DNA from: Octopus vulgaris
Taxonomy: Eukaryota
Assembly: GCA_951406725.2 (NCBI GenBank)
Contig: OX597814.1
Span: forward strand, 96,720,001 to 96,784,000
Length of the DNA stretch: 64,000 nt
Direction: 5' to 3'
Position numbers and translations under genes: made by a program
Shown: positions 25,331-39,046 of the stretch, piece by piece
Numbering within the stretch: the stretch's first letter is position 1
How the letters are laid out: every line of letters starts with the position of its first letter
The notes under the pieces: generated by a model
Database searches by the model: none
What the model saw: only the letters and a program-made list of their open reading frames with translations
What the model was told of the DNA's origin: nothing

Positions 25331-25664
25331 GGTTATCTAATTAATAATAAGACTTACATAAGACTTACATGACCTCAACAGGGGACATTTCAAATAATCT
25401 GAATTGAAGTATATCTCGCAAGATTGATCAACCAATGTTTATAGGTAATTATAAATGCTTTCAGGCAGTGAGGAATTTAAGGGAATTCCTATATTACACA
25501 TTAAAGAGAATATGATTAGCACAGCCTAAAAGGTTTACAATACTATGACACAATTCCCATGTGTACATGTTTGAGTGATTGTGCTTTTATTAAGGTTTGT
25601 ATTGGGCTGAATTATATATTAAAACCAGTGGAGCACTAACTGAATTATAATACATATGTATATA

Positions 25665-25865
25665 TATTCTTTAACATGTTTCATTCATTTGGTTGTGGCC
25701 ATGCAGGTGCATCACCTTTAGTCGAACAGATCGACATCAGGACTTATTCGTTGTAAGCCTAGTACTTATTCTATCGGTCTCTTTGGTCGAACCGCTAAGT
25801 CACGGGGATGTAACTACACCAGCATCGGTTGTCAAGCGATATTGGGGGACAAACACAGTCACACA
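25665..25865 (-). mobile_element. SINE family C 3' part
   Basis: Matches the family C tail; a head fragment also lies at 27045-27142. Confidence 0.82.
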
Positions 25866-26653
25866 CACACGCACTCACACAAGTATATATATATATACAT
25901 ATATATAGATGCATCCATTTCCAAATAAGTTTATCTTAATAATTTTGATGCGACTCTATCCTATTCTGTTCTCTCTCTCTTCCTTTCTCTAATTATTTTT
26001 TCTCCCCTTCACTGTTTTCTATCTTTCTCTCTCTCTCTCGCGCGCGCTCCTTCTCCTTTACTCTCTCTCTCTCTCTCTCTCGTTGCTCACGCGTGACCGT
26101 CGTCCATCTTTCTTTCCTTACGTAATCATTTTTCTTTTCCTCCAGTCTGTCGTACAGACCACATGCATTCTTATCTGTCTCCTCTTCTATCTTTTCTCTT
26201 GTCAATTTCTCCAGTGTTCGCTACCTTACCTCGTTTGGCCTAACGGCCCTTCGTGTTTATTTTCATTTGGTTTGTTGTATGTCTCCACTGTCCTGTTTTG
26301 CTACTAACTTTATTTTGGTTCGCGGGAGCAACTGTCTTTCGAAGTCTCATACTGTCGTTGAATGCTCGAAATGAGGAGTAGATAGACAGCCGACAACTAA
26401 TGAAGGGTTGTTCTTTATGTTACTTGTCTTGTTTTCCATTTGTTTCTCTCGATGTTGCATATCCAAATTTGTCTTCGTATTTCATGTTGTTTACGTTTTG
26501 TGACGTCCTGTACGTATATATATATATATGCACGTATATATATATATATATATATATATACATACATATATATATATGTATGCATGTACATATAAGTATG
26601 TACATATGCATATATATATTTTATATTATTATATGAGTCAACGTCACGCATCC

Positions 26654-26750
<97 letters not shown>

Positions 26751-26794
26751 GGATGACTAATTCGCAATTTTACAACCTAAAGGTAGAAATACAT

Positions 26795-26992
26795 ACGTCA
26801 CTAAAGTGAACAAGGGCACTAATCAGCACCAGTATTGCTAGAAATAAGAGTTAAAACAACTCTATAGCCAACAAAAGCACTGTCTTAATGAGCTAACATG
26901 AGAGACTAGCTCTCTATGGCTATTGAGTTGTTTTGACTCTTATTTCTGACTATACTGGTGCTGATCAGTGCCCTTGTTCACTTTAGTGACGT
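26795..26992. repeat. Fold-back (palindromic) element
   Basis: acgtcactaaagtgaacaagggcact..tagcca versus tggcta..agtgcccttgttcactttagtgacgt; arms ~75 bp. Confidence 0.92.
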
Positions 26993-26996
26993 TTAC

Positions 26997-27042
<46 letters not shown>

Positions 27043-27144
27043 GTATACGACGGGCTTCTGTCAGTTTTCATCTAAATCTACTCACAAGGTGTGGGTCAAC
27101 CCGAGACCATAAGAGAAGACACTTGCCCAAGGTGCCATGCAGGG

Positions 27145-28156
27145 TAAAGAGGCATGGCTGATAGCAGCAGCAATGCATAATATGGAAGAAGAAGCGAAGA
27201 TACTAAAGAGCCAATAAGTTGAACTAATGGGGTTATGGCCTTGAAATGGCCATACAAGTGAGTCTAAGGACTTACATGAAATTGCAGAGGAGATAATATT
27301 GACAGATGATGTTAGACTGAGAGTGGTGGTGGTGTGCAGACCTCCAACATGCTACCAATGTAGGGAGAAGGAGCACATGAAGGCAAGGTTCCTCCAGAAG
27401 GAAAATAAAGATGAGGAGCAGCAGAAACAGCAGACTGTCGAACAAGAACAAAGTGCCTAAATGGCGGTACAAGAGGGTGAGGAAGCAGAAGAAGCTTTTA
27501 CTGTGGTTAACAGAAGAAAGATGAAGGAACGCGTGAGCTCTCCGCCGGAGAGTCAGAAAGAGAAAAAGAAAAAAGAGGTAGAGACGGACACGAAAGAGTT
27601 CCGGCGGAATATAAGTACACCATCTTCACCAACAAAAGATAGAGAAATGGAGGAAATACGCAGTATAACATTATCACCAACAAAAACGGAGGTGGACACA
27701 GGCGTTAGAGATTTTTTCCAGCAAGTGTGTGCAAAAGATACACCAACAGAAGATATAGACCTTAGAGATATTCTCCAGAGAGAATGCGAAAGTGAAACAC
27801 CAACAGAAGAACAGACTTTCCGGGGCAGTACAGGTGCGTCACAAGAACGAATAAATGAGAAACAGAAGAGGTGTAGGTATAGGTAGCATATGGTAACGTA
27901 TGATAAGGGTACGGCTGCCGAAAGAAGAATAGCGAAATATAAAACAATTATAAGGGTGAAGTTGTCAGCGGAGAGATACACTGAAAGCGTTAAAGGAGTT
28001 TTAATGGACAAGGAGAGATATGATAAGCTGAGGGATTTGTTTGGAAACGAAATTGGCCCACTGGGTGCAGAAGCAGAATTTGATGAACTGCTACTAGTTG
28101 TGGAATACAAAGAATTAGAAACTTTAATGACTTCAAAAAAAAAAAAATTAAAATAA
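27145..28156 (+). pseudogene. LINE ORF1 (gag-like zinc knuckle) remnant, no ORF2 adjacent
   Basis: One frame from ~27266 with single stops at 27458 and 27884: ..LRVVVVCRPPTCYQCREKEHMKARF.. (CX2CX4HX4C with the last Cys lost) then the 141-aa and 88-aa ORFs. Confidence 0.7.
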
Positions 28157-28941
28157 TAGAATATAAATATAATGCTAATAGAAGAAAAAGTGGAAAAAGA
28201 AAGCGATTAAAAACTGTATGCAAAAACATTTAAAAACATTTAAAATGGTACTGCTTGAGAGTGAGGCTCAATGCAGCCATATCATTATCATTAATTTTAT
28301 ACATTTTATACATTTCATGCCATCCGTTTTATGTTTTTGTCCCCACTATTGTGTTGTTTCTGTCCTTGTATTGTCCCCTCTGTGTTAGAGCCTAAGTGCT
28401 TTTTATAAAGAAAAAAATTATACCTTGGCAGAACGGACGGTAATGTAGGAAACTTAAACTTTTTTGGCTCTATCTTGAAAACTATAGCCTTCTCTACATA
28501 AGGCGGCAATGCTTTGTCTCTTTCCATGTGATAAATTACTAGTCTTGCCGATATGTATGTTGATTTTTAGGAATTTCACTAATTTTATTTTTAATAACTG
28601 AGCCTGAAAGAAACAATAACACATTTAATGCAGTCATTAAGCGATGTTATCTCAACCGACAACAGATAAGGAGCCTAAATAATTAAAATATACCGCAATG
28701 TTGCCAAAAAGTGGACGCTAAAATGATTTCGGCAACATTCCCAAATAGGCTTGCCCTCAACAACTATGACTGTCTGCATCTAAAATATGTATAAATAGTG
28801 TTATTCCATATTGAATAAACCCCAAACTTTATGCACTATGTTATTCCATATTTTTATACCCAAAAATTATCTAAATTGATGATATTGAACTAAAAATTCC
28901 ACTTTGAAACAAACCTTAGTAGGTGATCTTAAACTTTTAAA

Positions 28942-29127
<186 letters not shown>

Positions 29128-29134
29128 ATAAAAG

Positions 29135-29940
29135 GTGGGGAAATGTCCTGGACCTCTGCTTCACAAATAACGCGCCGCTCATCCATAATGTTATGGTGAC
29201 ACCGACTATTTTCTCGGGTCATAATTTAATAGAACTTGCAATGTATGGTCCGCAGAAGACTACAGACATGCAGGCCAATAGAAGCGCCCAACTCCTCTCC
29301 AGCTGAACTGTTACAAAGCTGATTGGAAGGGTATTGGGAAAGATGTCATGGAACAAAACGGTCTACCAGTGTCTCTATGCAAGATAGATCTGTAAAAGAA
29401 TCTGTTTCAGCACGGTACAAGACAGGGCTACTGTTCGAAGAAAATGACTCATCGATTTCACTAAAATATTGAATGTAGAATACCAGAGTGTTTTCACTTC
29501 TCCCTTGGGACACTTGCAAGTAGCTATGCCTGATGAGTTCCTCGGCACCACAGCTCTACACAAAGAAATGGCAATTATTGTTGCATCAAAATAAAGGAAG
29601 CAAATGTAATATCAGCCGTTTATGAAATAATCTCAAACTCAGCCCTAATGGATTTCAAGCAATCCTCTTAAAGAAATGTAAAAGGAGCTCTAGCAAGACC
29701 ACTTCAGATTCTCTTCCAGAGCTTCCTCGCAACTGGGAGACTTCCCAAAAAGTTAAAGGAAGGCATAATATGTCCTATCCATAATGGAAGTAGCAGAGCA
29801 GATGCTATATTTTATAGACCTGTCTCTCTAACCTCCCATGTCAGCAAAGTTGTGGAACACACTGTCAGGCAGAAACTGATTGCGTTCCTTTGAAGATAAT
29901 GACTTGCTCCCTGACACCCAGCAGTTTTGCTCAGGCAAAG
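29135..29940 (+). pseudogene. CR1/Jockey-group LINE EN-RT remnant
   Basis: GNVLDLCFTN..FSGHNLI (end of APE domain); LARPLQILFQS..IICPIH..YRPVSLTSHVSKVVE (RT start). Confidence 0.85.
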
Positions 29941-30089
29941 AGACCGAGTAGAACTGTTTCACTTTGTTGTGCCGAATAAGATGCAGATTCTACTGGAAAG
30001 TGTACTTAGTGATGCGTAGCTAAACTTCGCGCGATCTCAAGGTTGTAAGTGATCAGATATTTTTGCTTAGATATTTTATAGACATCGAA

Positions 30090-30540
30090 TTTATATAGCC
30101 CTTGATCATGACTTTTATAAAGGCAGAAAAAGCCTTTGACAGCGCACATGGGGTTAGAGCTTTTTAGGTACTTACTGTAACATGGCTTACCGGAAAATGC
30201 CGGTCTAGTTGATATTGAGGAAATAAATGTCCAGTAAACACATAGACGTTAGATTTCAAATACATTTGAAGTTTGGAAAGGTGTGCAGCAGGGAAGAGTA
30301 TTATGGCGTCTTTGTTTTGCTGCTGTAATATACTACGTCATGAAGGAAACAATCAAAAGTAGAGAAGGAGTTAAATAGATTTATGAGAAATATTAAAAGT
30401 TTTGGATTACACTGATGACATTACTGTGCTTAGTAATGAAACATTAGAATTTCAAAGAATAACATACCAGCTTGATAAGATAAGCAAAGGTGTGGGCTTA
30501 AACGTAAGCACTAGTAAAACTAAAATTTTGAAATACTGAG
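30090..30540 (+). pseudogene. Highly decayed RTE-like RT fragment
   Basis: KAFDS, GVQQG, LDYTDDITVL, VGLNVSTSKTK motifs in the expected order. Confidence 0.7.
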
Positions 30541-30816
30541 CAAGTGGATAGGAGAAATATGACAATGAAATTGTATATACTCTAAACAGTGAAATAGGTT
30601 TAACTATCTTGGAACTTAGAGGTACTTAGAAACCGGTTTTAAGCAATAGGAATAAGTTGTGGAAACCATATAGATTAGTAATTCATACGAAAAGTAAACG
30701 CCGTATACATCAGCAATAAACAATTATGCAATTTTGGAAGATATATGAGTTAAAATGAGATGTCAGTGTTATTTTCATTTTTGCGCAGTTTAGACGACAG
30801 TTTATTCACCGCACCC

Positions 30817-30900
<84 letters not shown>

Positions 30901-30999
30901 ATGTGTGTGTGTGTGTGTGTGTGCGTGTGTGTGCGTGTGTGTGTGTATGTATGTGTGTGTGTGTGTGTGCGTGTGTGTGTATAAGTATGTATATGTATA

Positions 31000-31192
31000 T
31001 ATAGTGAATCCAAACAAAGAAGACCAAACAAAAAAACAATATCGCGAGGACGTGGTATAAGTACTGTATTATCAGACGCTCAGGAAAGGAAGGAAAGAAG
31101 ATTTAACGTTTCTAGCCAAGCTCTTCTTCAGAAATAGAGGGAAGTCCAAAGGAAGGGAAGAAGGAGGAAGAAAATCGCCAACGATACACACA
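31000..31192 (-). mobile_element. Second copy of the hammerhead-bearing short repeat
   Basis: Homologous to 11297-11484; motif attt CTGAAGA a gagc-ttg-gcta GAAACGTT aaat at 31101-31135(-). Confidence 0.75.
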
Positions 31193-32253
31193 CACGAGAA
31201 AATTAACCAGAAAATATAAATATTATGATTTCAAGTGATATCTCTGACGTGTCAGATTCATGAAAGGACATGAGTTACGTGAGCAAACAAGATCAAGGAT
31301 TGGCCAGCGAATGCCTGACGAATATGTAACTGGGTAAAAAAAAAATTCATAGATTTATCATCGCAGGAAAAAGCAAATGAATATTTTAAAATGTCTTACT
31401 TTCAGAAGATGGGTACTCGCCTTGCATTTTACAATCCATCTAATAAAACTGTAAATGCTAAAAATTCTAAAAACATTATTGCCAAACAACCAAAGTCATT
31501 AGTATGTTTCTATAACCAAACCTTCAATATCATATGCATGGGAAATGGAATAGAGACAAGAATGGTTCAACACAGTATGAATTTATTACTACTTTAAGAC
31601 GTACTTGTCTGTGGGTTTCGAAGTTATCAAGAGATGCAGTGAAAGAAGAGATCAAATTTTGTAAGAAGTACAGTGTTTTACACTGCATGGAAATGGTTTA
31701 TGGAAAATGTGAGAATAACAAAGTTCCATTGATAGAAGCAGCGAGGAACTTGAATGTTTTATTTTCCAATATAGCAACAGCGAAAATGATATTCAAAACA
31801 ATCGACGATGACAAAGGCAGATGATAAAAATATAACTATTTTTCCTTATACTTATGCATAATTTTTAAATGTACAAAAGATAATCATTTTGCTTGAGTTC
31901 AGTCTTTAGTTTGTTTTAATTTTTTTTATTATTATTACTATTATTATTTATTTCTTTTTTTCTGTTTGAGAAATGTGTTTTATACGCTTTTTCTATTTGA
32001 GAAATACATTTTATACGAATTTTTTTTTTATCCGAAATTCTGAAATCGCAATATTTTTTCGATAAATGTAGGTTATTCATAATGCGAATATGGCATAAAA
32101 ATTCACATTTTGAAAAATGGAATTCGTTATTAGCGTGAATCTAATAAAAAAAAATTTTTTTTTCAAATTTTTCTCCTAAAATTAAGACGCATATTATACA
32201 CCGGCAAAAACAGTCTCTTTCTGTCTCTCTTTGTCTGTCTGTCTGTCTCTCTG

Positions 32254-32317
<64 letters not shown>

Positions 32318-32408
32318 GCACTCGCACACACACATATACACACATTTTGACTCACAGTGTGATTCTTCTATTTCGGTTTATACTTATTAACATTCATATC
32401 TCTCTCTC

Positions 32409-32461
<53 letters not shown>

Positions 32462-32619
32462 GTCCTTTGGATGGTTTAAATTGATTTGGTGGTACTTTTT
32501 CACCAAATAATTGACTACTGAGAAGGTTTATGAGTTGCACGGCAATCTGTGTTTCCGATTATCCTAGGAACGGAAAACCAAACTGAAGGCTGGTTCTTGT
32601 GGAGGTCGTTGCATTTTAA

Positions 32620-32915
32620 TGATCATCATCATCATCCTAGTCAGGTGTCACATTATGCGATGCTGTGGTCATCACGATGTCTTGCCACCTTGGACAGCTG
32701 AGAATAAAGACAATCCTGTGACTGTGATGTCTTTCAGCCAAGAAGTGGGTGGTCTGCCTCTTTTACATAATAATAATGAAATTATTGTATACAGTGCTCA
32801 GGTGCACCACAAGAAATTACGTCTGCCGTTCACCTTACCAGTTATGATCGTTCGCTCAAATCCATCCCGGCGCATGACGTGGCCAAAGAACCGTAGCTTA
32901 CGCTTCATGATCATA
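32620..32915 (-). pseudogene. RTE (BovB-like) LINE 3' end with small nested insertion
   Basis: MKRKLRFFGHVMRRDGFERTIITGKVNGRR|KRGRPPTSWLKDI and (GAT)n tail; ~55-bp insert at 32765-32820. Confidence 0.8.
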
Positions 32916-34469
32916 GAACATATAATCTTGCAAGCGATACAAAGTAGAGTTACTGGAGTATTTTTGGAGCAGATTACGGATAATGACTACAAAATATAGT
33001 TGTTTTAATTGAAAGTGAAATTTCTTGTCAGAAACAGCCACATAAATGGTGCAAGGAAGTTAACTCAGCGAGTTAATTTCATTCAAGAGCAAAGAAGCTA
33101 TTTTTTCGGAGAGATGTACGATTGGTACGTTAAAAAATGGCAATATAATACCGACTTGAAAAAGTAGAGTTATTTACAACATGCTTACAGTGTACGACTA
33201 CTCTGAAATTGACTTCAGGTAACGAAAAAGGAAGACATGAAGAGTTTGACTTCAGTTCACGAATGCTGCTTTGAATCTTTAGCAGTTCGCAGTGAATAGA
33301 TCTCGCGTTCGAAATATCATATTGGATGAGTAAAAAAGCATCCTTAAAGTGAAACAACGCATTGGTAGGTAAACAAAGGTATCAACAAATAGAAGAGACG
33401 GACGGGAACATCGCCTTTCAAGTAACTCAGAATAGGTAACGGTAAGTTTGCCGAAGTTCAATGCAGTTTAAATATGGAGAATAAAATTGTTTGGTATTAG
33501 ATAGTCATCGTGTACAATGTTCCTAGTCAATTTAATCACCGTCGCAGGTGGACAGTCGAAACAGATAAATAAATAAATAGACAAAATCCTTTCACTTTTA
33601 TAATATTCTCTAACCAAGTAATAATAGGCAGCTACAACATATAAATAAATAATAACAGGTGGACATCCGAAATAAATAAATAGACAAAATCCTTTCACGA
33701 ATCTTTTCGGTTTGGCTACCAGCATTTCAAAAATTAAAGTTTACCGAAAATTTTAAAATTTGGCACAATAATACACTTCTCGAAACTGAATTGCTGGAGT
33801 TATTTCATTTTTTCCAGAAAAAATGTTTTAAAAAAGTTATAGAGGTTTAAAGTCTTCTCATTTTCATCTAGTCAGGAAACAGGATTTGGAAGCTGTCATT
33901 TTGTGCGTGACTGCACATTTTGTTGTCAACATCCTGAAGATAGCGGGTGTTGTCAATATTTGTAAAACCTATAAAAGTGTATCATTACAGTGAATATGAA
34001 ATCAATTCGAACTGAATTGATGCTGGCAGCCAAACTGATACGATCCTTTAGCTGGCATATCTTTAAATTAACGTAAACAATTATTTACACAAAAGAAAAT
34101 TACTTTCATTTAATTCTTCCAAATCTTTCTATTAAAAATTGTAATATGTTCATCGCATGTAACGTGTTGTTTATCGCATTTGCATTAAATGCATATTGAA
34201 TGCTTAAATGTTTGTCTACTCGTTTCTTTTTGTCATTGAGTATTAAGGTGGTTGTGTTGTGTGCTAAAAATAGCAGCTAAATAAGATTTTTTTGAGAAAT
34301 CTTTTAAATTAACATAAACATTTATTTAAATGAAAGAAAATTACCGGAGACATAACACATATTGTTTACAAATATTGACAACACGGACTATTTTTAGGAT
34401 ATTGACGACAAAATGTGGCCTTAACCACCTTCCATACATTGTTTATTTCTGTGTCAGATTTTGGATGGT

Positions 34470-36050
34470 GCATCCTAAATCCTTGTCATTATTTTTATTG
34501 TTTTCCAGTCTATTTTGTTTAGTTCATTTAGAGTCCAGTTAAGAATATTGAAGCTTATAAGTGGGACGGCTAGATTGTTGATACCTATTATCTTGTTTTT
34601 CGCATTGAGCTCGTCTATAGTAGTTCTTTTTTATCTTCTCTTTCATTTGTGTGTGTTGTATTGTATCTAGTTCTTTGATTCCTAAATATTTGTATGTCTG
34701 GCTTTGGTCTAATTCTCTTATTTCATTCGCTTTACCTAGTGTGATGTTGCTACACATAACTAGTTTTCCTCTTTTCAATGTTGCTTTGGCACATTTTTCT
34801 AAGCTAAGTTTCATGTTTCTTTCTTTAGTAAATCCATGTACTTTCTGTAATAATGTTTCCAGCTGCTAATCATTTGTAGCGCACAGTTTTAGATTATCCA
34901 TATAGAAAAGATAGTTGATTGCTTTGCCATAACAGTTGTATCCACATCCAGTTATGTTTAATATGTCAGATAAAGGCGTCAGTGCCAAGCAGAAAAGTAG
35001 AGGTGAGCGCATCTCTCCGAAGAGAGCGAGTCTCTCCTCTTCTAATGGGATGGCTTTGGTTTTTATGAATCTTTCTTTTGTCTGGAGCTGTCTGTCAATT
35101 TATTCATGTAATGTTTTATATATTTTATGATTATCGGTGCTACATTGTTCATGGCTCGTGTTCCTAGGATTCATGTGTGGAGAATACTATCAAAAGCCTT
35201 TCGGTAATCGATCCAGGCCATACTTAGACCTTTCTGCGACTGTCTTCAGTTATGGCTTTATTGGTCAGTAGCTGATCTTTACAGTCATATGAGCCCTTGC
35301 AGCATCCCTTCTGTTCATCTGGAAACAGGTTGTTTTCTTCAAATGTTTGCCCATTCTCTGCAATATTATTGCAGTTAAGGCATTGTAAATTGTAAAGAGA
35401 CAAGTTATCGGTCTGTAATTTTGTGGGTTTGCCGTTTCAGTGGATATGGGAATTAGGATAGTTTTCCCTTTGCAGAGCCATTTGGGCATCGTCTCTGACT
35501 CTGCTTGTATTGCATTAAAATTTTCAGCCAGCTTTTTATATGTTCTTGTTAGGTATTTTAACCAGTAGTTAGGGATCTTGTCGTGCCCGGGTGTCTTCCA
35601 GTTGCTGAGTTTTTGCAGTGCTTGGGTGACCTCTTCAGTTGTTATAGGGATCCAGAGTTGTTCAGGTGCTGTGTTCGTTGTTTTGATAGATCTTTTCTGA
35701 GGTTGTTCTTTCGCCGACCATATTTCTTTCCAAAATTCATCCACTTCTGTGGCTGTTGGCGCTGCATTGATGTCTATTTTATTTTTGCCAAGTTCTTGGT
35801 AGAATCTTTTGAGGTTGGAGTTGAACTGTTCGTTTTGTTCAAAGAAACGTTAGCATTTCTCATACCGGTGGATTCTTTATGCTTTGGTGAGGATATCTTG
35901 CTTTAGCTGTTCTCTTACCTCAGTATACCTTGTTCTGTAATTTTGTATTTACGTAGTATTTTTCTTCTTTTCTTGTTGCTTAGTAGTGTTGATTGTCTCC
36001 TAGTTTCATTAAGGATTGACAGATCCTTATTCTTATTTTCTATTTTTTCG
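34470..36050 (-). pseudogene. R4/Dong-clade LINE RT remnant
   Basis: NWKTPGHDKIPNYWLK, NYRPITCL, CKDQLL, AWIDYRKAFDS, SPLLFCLALTPLS, YLFYMDNLKL, YKYLGI. Confidence 0.9.
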
Positions 36051-36088
36051 GGATATTATTTATCCACATGGTTTTCTCGTCATCATCA

Positions 36089-36206
<118 letters not shown>

Positions 36207-36219
36207 TATTATTATTATT

Positions 36220-37385
36220 TAACTCAGTACATTCACTGGGGGGATGTAAAAAAGTGGACTAAGATAGATTCTTCATTCAGATTTCGAGAACTTTGCGGTT
36301 CAGAGTTCATGCGGTTCCAAATAACTCTATTTCCTCCTAGATGTTCTATCTTTGTTCCTATCTTTTTCAATCCAGTTTTGGGGTTTCGTATTCTTCCCCA
36401 GGCTCCAACAACAACAACAACAGGTACAACCCTTACCTTCTTCAATGGCCACAGTTTTTCTTTTTTCTTTCTTCCACTTCAAATAATCGCATTTGATCTT
36501 CTCTTTCTGATACTTTGTCATCATCAGAACATTAATATATATGATTAAACAGGGATTTTTTCTCTCTTTATCCACAGTCGATAAATCCGGTTTTCGATGT
36601 TCAATTTCATGATCACATTGGATCGCTACATCAGATAGTATCGTCTCCATCTTATTTTCGATTACTCCTGCTAGGAATTGGCCAGACAATGTCTTTGCTC
36701 TGTCCAATCCACTACATCGGATAGTATCGTTCCCTTCTTATTTTCGATTACTCTTGCTGAGGATTGCCCATACCACGTCTTTGCTCTGTCCAATCCATAC
36801 TTGCCACGCATTTTCCAATGAATAATTCTTGCGACATTATCGTGTCTTCTTATCCATCCTTTGAGAGTCAGCTTGGTGCATGCACAATACGTCATAGTCT
36901 CACCTTTATCACAGCACAACCTGCAATTCTCAACTTCTGCTGTATTGTCATTCCAGCATTTGGTATAAATTGTCCTAAGTGCATGCTCCTATGCAGCACA
37001 ATAAACGCTTCTGTCTCGGACTTTAAGTTATTCCTCCGTAGCCGTGCAACTATCGATCGGCATTTGTAATCCTGCTACCCTCTCTTGCAAACTGTCCATA
37101 CATCTTTCCATCGTTTTTTCGTCTCCATTACTCTTTTTTTTTCTTTTCTTCGTAATCATCTATCTTCATACAAGTATATGTCCTGACTGTACCAGATACT
37201 TTCTTCAAAGCCAGCAAGGGTTCCATGGGACTCTTGATATATCACCACCAAGCTAATTTCATCTGAGTATACTGAGTTTTCGCAGCTGTTCAACCCTTGC
37301 ACACCTTTGTGCCTGGTTAGATACAGCCTGTCAATATCGCTCTTTGGATTGAATACTACGTTCACTGTGAATAGTTTTTCTCAAT
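36220..37385 (-). pseudogene. R4/Dong-clade LINE 3' region (zinc finger + restriction-like endonuclease), decayed, with ~110-bp internal tandem duplication
   Basis: IDRLYL, KSETEAFI, CRLCCDKGET, RRHDNVARIIHW, IEHRKPD, VVPVVVVVGAWG; ends at (TAA/TGA)n. Confidence 0.85.
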
Positions 37386-37399
37386 ATTATTATCATTAT

Positions 37400-37662
37400 T
37401 ATTATTCAGTAGTTTTATCTTTATAGCGTGGTTTCACTTTACTACCGAACGCAGCTCTGTGTGTCTAGGGTATGTGTTGTGATTTGTTGTGATGCTCTGA
37501 TGGTTATTCTATTGAAAGTGTTTTGCGTAGGATGTGTAAAACACTTTCAATACAGTAACCATCAGAGCATCACAACAAATCACAGCACAAACACAAGGCA
37601 CACAGAGCTGCGCTCGGTAGTGAAATGAAAGTGCGCTATAAAAATAAAACTACTGAATAATA
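37400..37662. repeat. Palindrome of two head-to-head LINE 3' ends
   Basis: Arms ~125 bp; the minus arm reads HILRKTLSIE* + 3' UTR + TAA repeats, the plus arm KTLSIQ* + same UTR. Confidence 0.88.
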
Positions 37663-37845
37663 TTAGCACACCGGGAAAATGCTTAGTGGCATTTTGTCCA
37701 TCTTTATGTTCTGAGTTCAAATTCCGCTGAGGTCGAATTTGCCATTCACCCTTTCGGGGTCGATGAAATAAGTACCAGTTGAACACTGGGGCCGATGTAA
37801 TCGACTCATCCCTTCCTCCGAAGTTGTGGCAAAAATTTGAAACCA
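37662..37845 (+). mobile_element. SINE family A
   Basis: Body matches family A. Confidence 0.85.
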
Positions 37846-37859
37846 TTATTATGATTATT

Positions 37860-38890
37860 ACTATTATTTATTCTCTTTGCACAGCTTCTAATGCTGAAGA
37901 TGCATTACGGTGCAAGCTGTTTACTACCAGTGAATTAAGGCAACGCCCCTTAATTTTCGAGCACCATCCGGAGTATTCGAGCGGTTCCAAGCAGTGCTGT
38001 TTTCTGCAAGTGCTCCACCCTTATTGCAGCTCCTATTTGTTCCATGTACGTCTCAAGATTTTTATTCACTGTTCCCAGGGCACCGACAATTAGTGGAACT
38101 ACTACCACCTTTTACAGCAACCACAACTACATAACCTCCCACACTTACCCGTCATACCTACCGACTTTTCTTTCTTCCTTATCGCATACTTTGTCAGCTG
38201 GGCATGCTATATCTATGACCCAGCATCGTTTGCTTTCTTTCTCGATTAACACTATGTCTGGTTCCCTATTCTCTATCTCACGGTCGCACTGAAAGATAAA
38301 ATCCCATAGGATCTTTGCATTATCATTTTCGGTGGTGCCTTCGGGTTTATGTTCGTACCACTTTTTTGCTCTGTCAAGTCCATACTTGTTGCAGAGTGTC
38401 CAATGGACAATCCTTGCTATATTGTCATGACGTCTCATATTCTTTCTGGGCTAGTGGCGTACATTGATTGGTAATATGCCATATGGTTTCAACATTTTGT
38501 CCACAGATTCTGCACTTATCACTTTCTGATGTGTTGTCTATTCTGTATTTTATGTAGTTTGTTCTTAGTGCTTGCTCTTGGGCAGCACAGATTAGAGCCT
38601 CCGTTTCCGGTTTTAAACCCCTTTTAGCCATCTTTTTTCTCTGTCTGCCTTATCTTCAACATCCCTATGAAACTGTCCATACATTCTTTTCTTTATCCAT
38701 CTATTTTCTGTTTCATTCATTCTCAAGTCCTTGTACAGTGCTTTGTCTTTGCAATCTTCCATCCTACACAAGCCTAACGTTCTTACTTCCAATAATGGTG
38801 GTTCTGTGGCATTTTTTACATACCATGCTATGTTGTTTTCTTCTGCTCTAATGCTGTGTTCGCATCCAATCAGTCCTCTCCCCTCATTTT
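37860..38890 (-). pseudogene. R4/Dong-clade LINE 3' fragment, better preserved
   Basis: LKPETEALICAAQEQAL, CRICGQNVETIWHI..C, RRHDNIA, ILWDF..REPDIVL..IDIACP, LQKTALLGTARILRMVLEN*; TAA repeats on both sides. Confidence 0.93.
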
Positions 38891-38915
38891 CTTATTATTA
38901 TTATCCAATCAGTCC

Positions 38916-39045
<130 letters not shown>

Positions 39046-39046
39046 A

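Noticed and set aside
27553-28110. 185-aa minus-strand ORF
   Set aside because: Antisense shadow of the purine-rich ORF1 remnant.
34243-34432. Possible MITE (aaggtggtt / aaccacctt)
   Set aside because: Terminal match is only 9 bp and no TSD could be confirmed.
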